A program made the translations under genes and the position numbers. DNA of 64,000 nucleotides from Octopus sinensis (taxonomy: Eukaryota): positions 26,536,001 to 26,600,000 of the forward strand of contig NC_043003.1 of NCBI RefSeq assembly GCF_006345805.1. Direction: 5' to 3'. Within the stretch, counting starts at the first letter, position 1. Each line of letters starts with the position of its first letter. The notes beneath the pieces were generated by a model. It saw nothing but the letters and a program-made list of their open reading frames with translations, ran no database searches and was not told the DNA's origin. Shown here piece by piece: positions 38,735 through 51,683 of the stretch.

Positions 38735-39250
38735 AACTTTGCAAGTGAATTATACATGCAGGTTCAAGGTACAGCCATTGGTGCCGGTGTGGCTGGAGAT
38801 GTGGTTTGTTTCTTCATGACCTGGTGGGACAGAAAACTTAATCAATCCTTAGCTGAACAATCCACAACTGTTTTGCTTTACTGTAGGTATGCAGATGACA
38901 TTAAGATTCTAGTTAGGACAAACTCTAGTAACTGTAGTGTAGAAACTGAGAGGAGCATAATGGAGAGCATCCAGCACATAGCAAAATTCATCCACCAAAG
39001 TATCAAGGTAACTATAGATTACCCCACTAGGCACCCCAACAATAGACTCCCTGTCTTCCACTCCTATTACATAGATTCTAAATATGTTGTTCACAAGAAC
39101 TCAGCTTTTTCACACAACATGAAAATCAACATACTGATAGTAGACTTAGGATAATGAACAATGTGTCCCCGTGTGAGAATCTTATGGAACAAAGAAACAT
39201 GTACAGAACTTCATGCATCACATGCAATTCTCTGGTTATGTCCAGAAAGA
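38735..39250 (+). pseudogene. Penelope-like retroelement RT fragment
   Basis: YMQVQGTAIGAGVAG...FMTWWD...YCRYADDI...IHQSIKVTIDYPTRHPNNRLPV, then HKNSAF...; deleted and frameshifted. Confidence 0.75.
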
Positions 39251-39583
39251 TAGGGTTTGGGCAACCTCAATGTTAAGATTGTTGAAAAGCCAGAGAGCTC
39301 CATCTGATCACAATTATGTAGGACGTATCCCTTTGAGGATACCACATGACCAAAGATAACTGTATGGTATGTAATATTAACTGTAGAACTAGAAATGTAG
39401 TCTACAATATAAGGTGCATAGAGGATGCTTGTAAAGATCAGAACATGACATACATGTGGTTGGGAAGCAAGATGGTCCTCAGCTATCAAAAAGAGAACTA
39501 TGGGATATTTGCTTAACTGTGGATGTTACAAATACACTGTTACCATGTAGTTGCACATGCATTTATGTGCACATTCTTATGTA

Positions 39584-39622
<39 letters not shown>

Positions 39623-40159
39623 AAAAATGTGTATGTAGATATACATATATATATCGTCATCATTTAATGTCCTCTCTCCCAGGTAGGCATGAGGCAGATT
39701 TTCTGTGGCCAGATGCCCTTCCTGCCACCAACCCTCACCTGTCTCCAAGCAAAGTAATATTCCCCCATGATCATACATAGTTACGCAGAAGATTAGAAAT
39801 GAAGGACACACACACACAATGGGCTTCTTTCAATTTCCATTTTTCAAATCTAGGGCGATTGTAGGAGATGCTTGTTCTAAAGCGTTAAGCAGTGGGATAG
39901 AACCTAAAGCCATGTGGTTGGAAAATGAACATCTTAATCACAACAGCCATGTCTGCACCTGCACACACACACACACACACACGCTTGTGTGTGTGCATGC
40001 ATGTGTGTGTATATATATACATGTATGTGTATATATATATATGTGTGCATATATGTATATATGTAAATGTGTATATATATATATGTATATATGACTTTAT
40101 ATATATATGCATATCTGTTTATCTATCTGTATATACACACATGCACACACATATACATG

Positions 40160-40190
<31 letters not shown>

Positions 40191-40248
40191 TCTCCAGCAA
40201 TAGATGATGTACATATTTATGTTGATGTCTTCCTATATGTTTTCCCAG

Positions 40249-40331
40249 TATCCAGTTGAAGAGAGGGAACCAATTGCCCTCAGCCTCCATCACATGCCCA
40301 TCTGTGTCTCGTTTGCTTTCTTTCAAGAAGG
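40249..40331 (+). CDS. EXOSC9: RRP45 coding exon, 83 nt
   Basis: tttcccag|TAT...GAA GG|gtaagt; YPVEEREPIALSLHHMPICVSFAFFQE(G). Confidence 0.95.
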
Positions 40332-40620
40332 GTAAGTGATCTACAATACTTCTGCATGTATGTGTGTGTGTGTTTACATGCCTGTATGAATCTGTGTTTT
40401 TGTGCATGTGTGTATCTGTGTGTATCCATGTATTTATATGTATGTCTGTTCGAGCATTTCTGTCTATATTTATGTTGTATTAATACATTACATATGAGTG
40501 TGTGTGTGTATGTGTGTGTATATATATATACACTCACACACACACACACATATATATACATATATATGTATATGGTGTACAAGAGTAGTAAGTGGAAATG
40601 CTGACATATATATATATATA

Positions 40621-40785
40621 GGCGCAGGAGTGGCTGTGTGGTAAGTAGCTTGCTAACCAACCACATGGTTCCGGGTTCAGTCCCACTGCGTGGCATCTTG
40701 GGCAAGTGTCTTCTGCTATAGCCCCAGGCCGACCAATGCCTTGTGAGTGGATTTGGTAGACGGAAACTGAAAAAAGCCTGTCGTA

Positions 40786-40818
<33 letters not shown>

Positions 40819-41010
40819 GTGGGTGTGTGTGTGTTTGTGTGTCTGTGGTGTGTTTACGTCCCCGTCACTTAGCGATTCAGCAAAAGAGACTGATAAAATA
40901 AGTACTGGGCTTACAAAGAATAAGTCCCGGGGTCGATTTGCTCGACTAAAGGCGGTGCTCCAGCATGGCCGCAGTCAAATGACTGAAACAAGTAAAAGAG
41001 TAAAAGAGTA
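40621..41010 (+). mobile_element. SINE family A
   Basis: Full head, internal (TA)n and tail. Confidence 0.9.
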
Positions 41011-41646
41011 TATATATATTAAATATCTGTGTATACTTATGAATTTATGTATATATATATATATAAAGACAGCGAACTGGCAGAAACATTAGCATGCCAG
41101 GGCAAAATGCTTAGCACTATTTCGTCTGTCTTTACGTTCTGGGTTCAAATTCTGCTGAGATTGACTTTGCCTTTTGTCCTTTTGGGGTTGATAAATTAAG
41201 TACCAGTTGCGTACAGGAGTTGATCTAATCAACTGTCCCCCTCCTCCAAAATTTTGGGCCTTGTGCCTAGAGTAGAAAAGAAAAGAATATATTTATATAT
41301 ATATATATATATATATAGTTGAAAAATATCATTTTAGGTATAAATATACCATGGACAATTATAGAAAAATGGAGGAGAAAACAATGTTGAATCAAAATAG
41401 ATTTAAAACAAAATAGGATTAATGTATTAAATCTAATTTTGATTCAACATCTTTTTCTCCTTCATTTTTCTATAATTGTTTATAGTATGTTTATACCTAA
41501 AATGGTATTTTTCAACTACTATTTTCATATTCTTATAACTTGCTTTGGCTGTTTTTTATAAATATGATGAATCTTTATTAGAAACCTTCTCTCTTTCTGG
41601 ACCTCTCTAAAAGTTTGAATTGTTCCCTTTTGAACTTGTTTTTTCC

Positions 41647-41681
<35 letters not shown>

Positions 41682-41693
41682 TATATATATATA

Positions 41694-42071
41694 GGCGCAG
41701 GAGTGGCTGTGTGGTAAGTAGCTTGCTTACCAACCACATGGTTCCGGGTTCAGTCCCACTGCGTGGCACCTTGTGTCTTCTACTATAGCCTCGGGCTGTG
41801 AGTGGATTTGGTAGACGGAAACTGAAAGAAGCCTGTCGTATATATATATATGTGTGTGTGTGTGTATGCATTTGTATGTCTGTGTTTGTCCCCCCCAACA
41901 TCGCTTGACAACCGATGCTGGTGTGTTTACGTCCCCATCACTTAGCAGTTCAGCAAAAGAGACTGATAGACTAAGTACTAGGCTTACAAAGAATAAGTCC
42001 TGGGGTTGATTTCCTCAACTAAGGTGGTGCTCCAGCATGGCCACAGTCAAATGACAGAAACGAGCAAAAGA

Positions 42072-42072
<1 letters not shown>
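41694..42072 (+). mobile_element. SINE family A
   Basis: Full head, internal (TA)n(TG)n and tail. Confidence 0.9.
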
Positions 42073-42120
<48 letters not shown>

Positions 42121-42607
42121 CAATAAAATGTATATCAGAAAAGAAGCACATACTGAGGAATAGAGCAGTTATTATTAAAACAAAAATTAAAATTTTGGAC
42201 ATAGAGTTACCAAAGGGATACATATGAGTGTTGGTGTATATAATGTGTCAGTTCATGTTTATATGCATGTATGTGCATGTTATGTCAGCAACAGGAATTA
42301 CATGTGCATGCATATATGTATGTGTGTGTGTGTGTGCATGTTATCATTTTTATGTGTGTGTGTGTGTGTTCTTTTACTCTTTTACTTGTTTCAGTCATTT
42401 GACTGCAGCCATGCTGGAGCACCGCCTTTAGTCGAGCAAATCAACCCCGGAACTTATTCTTTGTAAGCCCAGTACTTATTCTATCGGTCTCTTTTGCCGA
42501 ACCGCTAAGTGACGGGGACGTAAACACACCAGCATCGGTTGTCAAGCAATGCTAGGGGGACAAACACAGACACACAAACACATACACATACATATATATA
42601 TATATAT

Positions 42608-42670
42608 GTCTAGTGGTTAGGATTCCTGGCTTTCACCCAGGCGGCCCGGGTTCGATTCCCGGCATGGGAA
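42608..42670 (+). pseudogene. 5'-truncated tRNA-Glu(TTC) copy
   Basis: GTCTAGTGGTTAGGATTCCTGGCTTTCACCCAGGCGGCCCGGGTTCGATTCCCGGCATGGGAA matches tRNA-Glu from the D arm to the discriminator; the 5' acceptor strand is missing and there is no CCA. Confidence 0.85.
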
Positions 42671-42680
42671 CGTCTTTCTT

Positions 42681-44865
42681 TACACGAAGGAGTCATACCC
42701 AATGATTAGTGTAGCAGCACACTAGTCAACTGCTACAAAGGTAAAGGTGATGCCCTAGATACAAATAATTACAGAGGTATCAAGCTGTTGGATCAAGTAA
42801 TGAAGGTTATGGAGAGGGTCATAGCCCAACTAATTAGAGAGAGAGTTAGTTTAGATGAGATGCAGTTTGGGTTCGTGCCAGGGAAAAGTACCACTGATGC
42901 TATATTCCTGGTAAGGCAGCTGCAGGAGAAATACCTAGCCAAAGATAAGCCCCTGTACCTGGCTTTTGTTGACATGGAGAAAGCTTTTGATAGGGTCCCC
43001 CGATCCCTTATCTGGTGGTCAATGAGGAAACTGGGATAGATGAATGGCTGGTGAGGACTGTGCAAGCCATGTACAGAGATGCCGTAAGTAAGGTTAGGGT
43101 TGGCAACATGTACACAGAAGAATTCAAGTAGAGGTTGGGGTCCACCAGGGTTCAGTACTCAGCCCCCTCCTATTTTCATAGTCCTCCAGGCAATTACGGA
43201 GGAATTCAAGACAGGTTGTCCCTGGGAGCTCCTCTACGCTGACGACCTTGCTCTTATTGCTGAGTCACTATCAGAGCTGGAGGAGAAGTTCCAGGTGGGA
43301 AGGAGGGTTTAGAATCGAGGGGCCTTAGAGTCAACCTAGCTAAAACCAAAGTACTAATAAGTAGGAAGGTAGACAATCCACAATGTCTTCAGGAAGATGG
43401 CCCTGCTCGATCTGTAGAAAAGGTGTAGGTAGAAACTCTATAAGAAGTACCCAGTGTAAGCTATGGACACATAAGAGGTGCAGCAATGTCAAAGGTAGGC
43501 TAACTGGGAAGATAGTTTTTGTATGTGGCAGATGCTCTGGAGCATTAACCTCCGAAAATCTGCAGAAAATAACTTCCGTCACTTTCCAGGGGGAAAAACT
43601 AGAAGTAGTTGATAGCTTCCGTTATCTAGGTGACCAAGTCAGTAGTGGGGGTGGGTGCGCTGAAAGTGTAACTGCTAGAATAAGAATAGCCTGGGCAAAG
43701 TTTAGGGAGCTCTTACCTCTGCTGGTGACTAAAGGCCTCTCGCTCAGAGTAAAAGGCAGACTGTATGATGCGTGTGTATGAACAGCCATGCTACATGGCA
43801 GTGAAACATGGGCCGTGACTGCCGAGGACATGCGTAAGCTCGTGAGGAATGAAGCCAGTATGCTCCGATGGATGTGTAATGTTAGTGTACATACTCGACA
43901 GAGCGTTAGCACGTTGTGAGAAATGTTGTACCTAAGAGGCATCAGTTGTGGTGTGCAAGAGAGGCGATTGCGCTGGTATGGTCATGTGGCAAGAATGGAT
44001 GAAGGTAGGTGTGTGAGAAAGTGCCAATCCTTAGCAGTTGAGGGAACCCGTGGAAGAGGTAGACCCAGGAAAACCTGGGACGAGGTGGTGAAGCACGACC
44101 TTCGAACTTTAGGCCTCACTGAGGAAATGACCAGCGACCGAGACCTTTGGAAATATTCTGTACGTGAGAAGACCAGGCAGGACAAGTGAGCCCAGCCCAC
44201 TTATGAATGCCTTTCCTCCCTTGGACACAAAGACCTGTTGAGGCAAGCGAAGTCGATATAGAACCTCATCCGACGACAGGCACCCATGCCAACCCCTTTG
44301 CTTGCGAAGACATGTTGGGAAAGCGAAATCGAAATCGAATTGAACCAGCCAGGATCCCTGGTCTGGTGGTACGTAAAAAGCACTATCCGACTCGTGGCCG
44401 ATGCCAGCGCCGCCTCCACTGGCTTCCGTGCTGGTGGCACGTAAAATACACCAATCTGACCGTACGACAGGCACCCATGCCAACCCCCTTGCTTGCGAAA
44501 GTTGTTGGGCAAGCGAAATCAAATTGAACCAGCCAGGATCCCTGGTCTGGTGGTACGGTAAAAGCACTATCCGACTCATGGCCGATTGCCAGCACCCTCG
44601 TTTGGTTTGGCTTCCGTGCAGGTGGCACATAAAATACCCAATCCGACCGTGGCCGTTGCCAGCCTCGCCTGGCACCTGTGCAGGTGGCACGTGAAAAGCA
44701 CCCACTAACTCACGGAGTGGTTGGCGTTAGGAAGGGCATCCAGCTGTAGAAACACTGCCAGATAAGAATGGAGCCTGGTGCAGCTTCTGGCTTTCCAGAT
44801 CCCCGGTCGAACCGTCCAACCCATGCTAGCATGGAGAACGGACGTTAAACGATGATGATGATGAT
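42681..44865 (+). mobile_element. 5'-truncated, frameshifted RTE LINE (RT, PHD-like finger, C-terminus, 3'UTR)
   Basis: QFGFVPGKSTTDAIFLVRQLQEKY..FVDMEKAFDRV; LLYADDL; CSIC..CKLWTHKRC..CGRC; ends REKTRQDK*; (GAT)n tail. Confidence 0.92.
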
Positions 44866-45399
44866 ATATATATACATTATATACGACAGACTTCTTTCAG
44901 TTTCCGTCTACCAAATCCACTCACAAGGCATTGGTCGGCGCGGGGCTATAGCAAAAGACTATATATATATAGCAGTGTGTATATATATAATATATATGTG
45001 CCTGTGTATAAATGTGCTTCATGTGTATGTGTATACTTATGAATGCGTATATGCTTATATACATGTGTATACATTTGTGCATACCGTATATTCATCTATG
45101 AATGTATATCTGAATGCAAGGATATTTATATACTTGTGTGAGTATGTGTGTGCATGCATGTGTGTGTGTGTGTGTGTGTTACATCAGTACATTATGTATA
45201 TGTACTTAATGTCTATGAACTGTTCTACTCCGGTGTTCTTTAAGTAACCCTTCACTTACGCTCGTCATGAGTGTAACCCCTTTCCGCCAGCCCTAACGTC
45301 CCTCACTCTTCCTTATTCCCTCCACCGTCACCCCCCCACTTCTCACCTAATACAGTCACATTAAATACCTATACAGAACACTGACACATACACACACAC

Positions 45400-45435
<36 letters not shown>

Positions 45436-46039
45436 ACTCTCTTATACTGAGATACCCACAAAAACACACATATACAAACACGTATGCACACATAGACATG
45501 CACACACACACACACATGCATTGACACAAACATATATAAACATTCACATACATATATCTCCTCTCTTCTCAGGACATTTCTTCATTAGATGCACACATAC
45601 TAATATAAAGACATACATACATACACACATGCATACACTAATACACATGCACATTGATACATACACACACAGTTTTATATATATATATATATATATTGTG
45701 TGTGTGTGTGTGTGTGCAAAAGACTAGATGTACATATGCCTTCTCTCCCTTCAGGACAATTTCCTATTACCACCCCCACTCCATCATATGACCAGGCAAC
45801 AGCACGGTCCCCCTCCCTCTACCGTCTCCAATAAGTACAACAACAACAACAACATTCAGTGCCAAGTTACAGAATTGCTAATTCATTTTCCAGAATTTGT
45901 TATTCAAACTTCAACCTGGATTACACTAAGTGCAGGAAACTCCCAAAACGGTCGCGCCCTCCCTCCGTCCCTCTCTCCGCCAGCTTCTTCTTTGTCGGTT
46001 ACTTCAAATAGAATGTCAAACCTTTGATGCTATTTACAC

Positions 46040-47130
46040 CAGCAGCAGCAGTGGTACCACCACCGCTACTAGCATTAATACCACGGTTTCGCTGTCTCCA
46101 CTGCCATCGCCACCACCACCGCTGCTGCTTCTGTTATCACCACTGCTTCACTGGTTCCTCTACTACCATCATTACCACCTCATCAACACCACCATGCCAC
46201 CATCATCATAACCACCACCACCACCACCTCATCAACACCATCGTCAACATCTCCACTACCACCGTCATCATCATCACAACCATCAACATCATCATCACCA
46301 CCACCTCATCAGCATCACCACCACTACCGTCACCATCTTCACCATCATCATCATCATCACCACCACCACTGTCACCGTCATCATCACTATCACCATCTCA
46401 TCAAAAGCACCACCACAACAGTCACCATCATCATCACCACCACTGTCACCATCATCATTACCAACACCACCTCATCAACATCACCACCACCACTGTCACC
46501 ATTGTCACCACCAGCATCATCATCATCACCACCACTGTCACCATCATCACCAACACCACCATCATCATCACCACCACTGTCACCATCATCATCACCACCA
46601 CCACCACCACCACCACCATCAACATCACTACTATCACCATATCCTCTCTGCTACCATCACCACTTCATCAACACAACCACACCACCATACCAGCACTGTC
46701 ACTTCCACTGGCACCACATTACTACTATCACCACCACCACCAGCTCCGTCATTACTAATACTGTTTCCACTATTACTACTATCATCAACTGTACCCCACC
46801 CTTATTCTTAACACACCACCACCACTATTACCACCACACCACTATTGCTACTATCACCACTACCTTCACCACCACCACCTCACCATCTCCACCGTCACCA
46901 CAACTACAACCAGCACCATCAGCATCATCAACATCATTGTTATTATTGCTGCCACCAGTAGCACTATCACCGCCACCACAATCAACACTGCTACCACCAC
47001 AGGCTCATCATTTTCTTCATCCAACACCATAACAACTACCACTACCACAACCAGCTGCACCATCGCCACAGTCACTGCTACCACCACTTCCACTACTTTA
47101 CCAACGCCAGCGTCCAAAGTCATCACCGCA
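46040..47130. repeat. (CAC/CAT)n simple repeat
   Basis: Low-complexity trinucleotide tract. Confidence 0.9.
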
Positions 47131-47699
47131 TGGGTTCTCGAAGCCTGAGTCAGTTCATAGTTTGAGTTACTGTCCTCCAAGACCACTCTGGACTACAGAT
47201 GCTTTCACTCATTCGTTACATTGTGGCAGTGGCTGGATACCCTACCTGTCACCAACCACTTTACAGAGTGTAATTTATCATGGCACCAGCATCAGAGAGG
47301 TTGTCATGTCATTAGCAAAACTAAAGAGTCCTCTTAACCCATCATTATCCCTGTTGTGTGGGATGCATGGTTGGTCGTCTATCTGTCTGTTTTTCAGTCT
47401 GTCCATCCATCCATCTGCCTCCCTGCCTGTCAGTCTAGCTGTTTATCTATTTGTCTATCTATCTATGTATCTATCTGTCTGTCTGTCTGCACATACACAA
47501 CACACACACACTACACCTCACACACATACATACTACATCATGTATACACACACTTATATTACATCATACGTATATACAAAATGTCATGTATGCTTACACA
47601 CACACACACTACTGCATCTCTAACATATACATACTACGTCATGTATATGCACACACACTACATCTCTGACACATACACACTACATGTATATAAAAAACG

Positions 47700-47902
47700 A
47701 TAAACATCGCCCTTTTCAAGCCTATCCAGGCTCATGGGCCCGGTTTCCCGGTTTCTGTGGCGTATGTGTTCCCCCCAGAGTGAGAGAAAGTTGTGGCGAA
47801 AGAGTAAACAGGGGTTGCCACCACCCCCTGCCGGTCTGGGAATTGAAACCGCGATCCTCCGACTGCAAGTCCGCTGCCCTAACCACTGGGCCATTGTGCC
47901 TC
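47700..47902 (-). mobile_element. SINE with a family C head and a different tail
   Basis: Reverse strand AGGCACAATGGCCCAGTGG...CTTTCTCTCACTCT, then GGGGGGAACACATACGCCACAGAAACCGGG, unlike the other family C copies. Confidence 0.75.
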
Positions 47903-48282
47903 CACACATGTATATGCACACATATATATATTATATCATGCATACTCACACAAAATGTCATGTATACATACACACACACGCACTACTACATCTCTGACAC
48001 ATACATACTACATCATGTATACACACACATGCATATATATTACATTATACATACACACTCAAAATGTTACATATGCATACACACACACACACTACATCTG
48101 ACATGTGCTTACTACCTCATGTATACACACACAAAATGTCATATATGCATACACACACACACACACACACACAACATCATGCCACAACACTCACAAATAC
48201 ACCACGCACTCATCACTCACACACACGCACCACATGAAACACACAGTTATTGAATGGTCTCTGTTTCTATTTGACCCTGCAG

Positions 48283-48415
48283 CAAATACGTACTGGTCGA
48301 TCCAACAGAGAAGGAAGAGAAAGTGATGGATGGTAAAATGGTGATTGGAATGAATAAATACCGAGAGATTTGTACTCTACAGATGGCAGGTGACATGCTG
48401 TTGATGCATGAACAG
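48283..48415 (+). CDS. EXOSC9: RRP45 coding exon, 133 nt
   Basis: ccctgcag|C...GAA CAG|gtaagt; KYVLVDPTEKEEKVMDGKMVIGMNKYREICTLQMAGDMLLMHEQ. Confidence 0.95.
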
Positions 48416-51070
48416 GTAAGTGGGACTTGGAGGTACCAGGTTCAAGCCTTGTTCTGTACATCATCATCATCATCATCGTTTAACGTCCGCTTTCCATGCT
48501 AGCATGGGTTGGACGATTTTGACTGAGGGCTGGCGAACCAGATGGTTGCACCAGGCTCCAATCTTGATTTAGCAGAGTTTCTACAGCTGGATGCCCTTCC
48601 TAACACCAACCACTCCGAGAGTGTAGTGGGTGCTTTTTACGTGCCACCGGCATAAGTATTAAAGAAAATGAATTGCACAGAGTTGCCATCATCATCGTTT
48701 TAATGTCCACTTTTCCATGGTTTGCATGGATCACATGGAGTTTATTTGAAGCAGATTTTTCTACAGTTGGACGCCCTTCCTGTCATCAACCCTCACCTGT
48801 TTCTGAGTTAGGTAATAGTTTCCCATGGCCAAACATGTGTTGATGGAAGATTGGAAATGAGGGACACTGCTTGTGTGTCAGTGATGCTTGTTAACAACTA
48901 TCACGCAATGTCATGACAAGGAGAAAGAGACAAAGGCAGAGAGAGAAGGAGAGAGAGAAGGGGGTTCTTTTCTCTCTTGCAAGTTCCATGGCAAAACTCA
49001 CTAGTTCTGGTAGCACAAGAAAGAAAGCATGCAGTACACTCTGTAAAGTGGGTGGCATGAAGAAGGGCATCCAGCCATAGAAACCTTGCCAAAGATGACA
49101 TTGGAGCTCAGTGCAGCCCTGCAGCTTGCTGGTTCCCTGTCAAATCATCCTATTTAGGCCTGCATGGAAAGTGGACATTAAATGTTGATGATTATGATAT
49201 AGACTAGCTGACTCCTTGCTGTCAAAAATGACAGCTAATTATAGTATTTTATGTATAAATAAGGTACAAAATAAGGGACATAATAATCACAGATACAAAC
49301 ATTCACATACTTCCCTTGTACATGCACACACATACACACATATACTCACAGAGTTGAAACACTGTTTGATTTTTCTTTTCAGCATTGCATGTTCACCATC
49401 CCACTTCCACTGCACACACACACACACAAACATTCACATGACTCCCTTTTACATACACACACATATACTCACACAGAGTTGAAATGGTGTTTGATTTTTT
49501 TTTCAGTATAGAACTTCTATCTTCCCACAAGTTTGTCATCACCCCTTCCTTTCTCATTCATGTGTTGTGACGGAGAAAAACACAAGAGTATTATTGTAGT
49601 GTATATATATATATATATATATATATGGTTTCCTTCCAGTTTCCATCTACCAAATCCACTCACAAGAGTTTGGACTTTGGATGGCCTGAGGCTAAAGTAG
49701 AAGACACTTGCCCAAGGTGCCATGCATTGGGATTGAACTCAGACTCATGTAGTTGGGAAACAAACTTACCACTCAGCTACACCTGTGCCATCTACATGAA
49801 AAGAAAAAAAACCTAGCAGTTGAGCTATTCTTAAAATATTAAATACAAAGACCAGAAAAAAAGGCTAACCAGGTGGAGCTTAGCTATTACTAGCTTTGTG
49901 ACTATTACCTGGTAGTGTGTACCATGCTTTTGCAAATTGCTTTAAGAGCCTGTGTAATCATGTGAAAATGGAGATGATGTCTCAGATCTCAATTTTTATG
50001 GCAGTTGGAGGACTTTATACTCATTCTTCACACATATACATGCATATCAATTGATATTCTTTGTGCTTTTTAGTAAATTGTCATCTTCAGATCATTTCTT
50101 AGGTCGTTTACCACAGTTGAAGGTATTAGGTTGGATATGGTATCATCATCATCATCATTGTTTAACGTCCGCTTTCCATGCTAGCATGGGTTGGGCGATT
50201 TGACTGAGAACTGGTGAACCAGATGGCTGCACCAGGCTCCAGTCTGATCTGGCAGAGTTTCTACAGCTGGATGCCCTTCCTAACGCCACCACTCCGAGAG
50301 TGTAGTGGGTGGTTTTACGTGCCACCGGCCCCGCTCAAATGGTGTTTTTTACATGCCACCTGCACAGGAGCCAGTCCAGCAGCACTGGCAACACCCTCAC
50401 TCGAATGATTTTTTCATGTGTCACCGATACAAGTGCCAGTAAGGCAACACTGGTAATGATCACACTCGAATGGTGCTTTTTACGTGCCACTGGTACGGAA
50501 GTGGTATATATTATATATATATATATATACACATACACACACACACACACACAGATATACACAACCGTATTCAGCTGAATAGATTAGAACAACATGAAGT
50601 GATGTATCTTCCTTAACGATAAAAGGTAAAATGGTGCCCAGAATTGTCTCCCTTCCCGAAGCTGGTTCGGAATTGCCAGGCTTGATCACGCTAAGCGTTC
50701 AAGAGGTCACCAGAGTGGCATACATCTGGTCATTGCAGGTTTTAGCTAGATGGCTGATCCGTGTGTATCACTGTGTGTTTATGTATTTCACATGTGAGTG
50801 TATTTGTCATGGTTTCTTTGAGTCTATCTAAATAAATGTGTGTGTGTGTGACGTAGTGTATATACACACACAGGACGGGTTTCTTTCATTTCTCATCGTC
50901 AAGGCTTTAATCAACCTATACGCTGGATTCAATCCTCCACACTGTATAAGAGCAAGTATTGATATGTATTAATAATGTTAGAAAGACGGTAGTGTCAGAA
51001 AACATCTATTCTAACCGCTGTGTTTTCATCCAGTAAAGGTATTTATTATGTGTAAACCGTATCTTTCCAG

Positions 51071-51159
51071 ATTCTCCGCTGTTCCAATATAGCCGTGGTC
51101 AAAGTTACAGAAATAACAGAGCTGATTCAGAAGGCTTTGGAAAACGATAAGCAGGCTAG
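51071..51159 (+). CDS. EXOSC9: RRP45 coding exon, 89 nt
   Basis: ctttccag|ATT...GCT AG|gtaagg; ILRCSNIAVVKVTEITELIQKALENDKQA(R). Confidence 0.95.
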
Positions 51160-51683
51160 GTAAGGGCGATAACTCTACACCAATCTTTTATGTTCGGCTA
51201 GAGTTATAATTCTTGATATTTATACTGTTTTTAAATATAATTATAATAAAAGACAATTGCAGCGTGGAAGATGTTTATAAGCCATTTAAGAAACACACAA
51301 AAACCGTTAGATTCACTTCAACTTTTGAATTTAATTCCGTGCTGCACGGAATTTTGTCAGTGAACAGGTCGTGGTCTCAAAGCAACGAAAATATTTCGAC
51401 AAATTAAATTTAAATGTTGAAGTGAATCTAACGGTTTTTGTGTGTTTCTTAAATGGCTTATAAACACCTTCCACGCTGCAATTTTCTTTCCAGCACTCGA
51501 TCTCAGATCAGGTCACTTGCTATGCAAGTACATCTCCGTAATATAATAAAAGATTTCTAAAAAAAATATTCTAAAAAAAAAAAATTAAAGTAAACTGAGA
51601 AAAAAAAATCAATTTGAAATTCCTTGAGAATAAAAGTATTTTTTAAGGATTTAATATTTTTGTTATTAAAATTTTGCTTGCAG

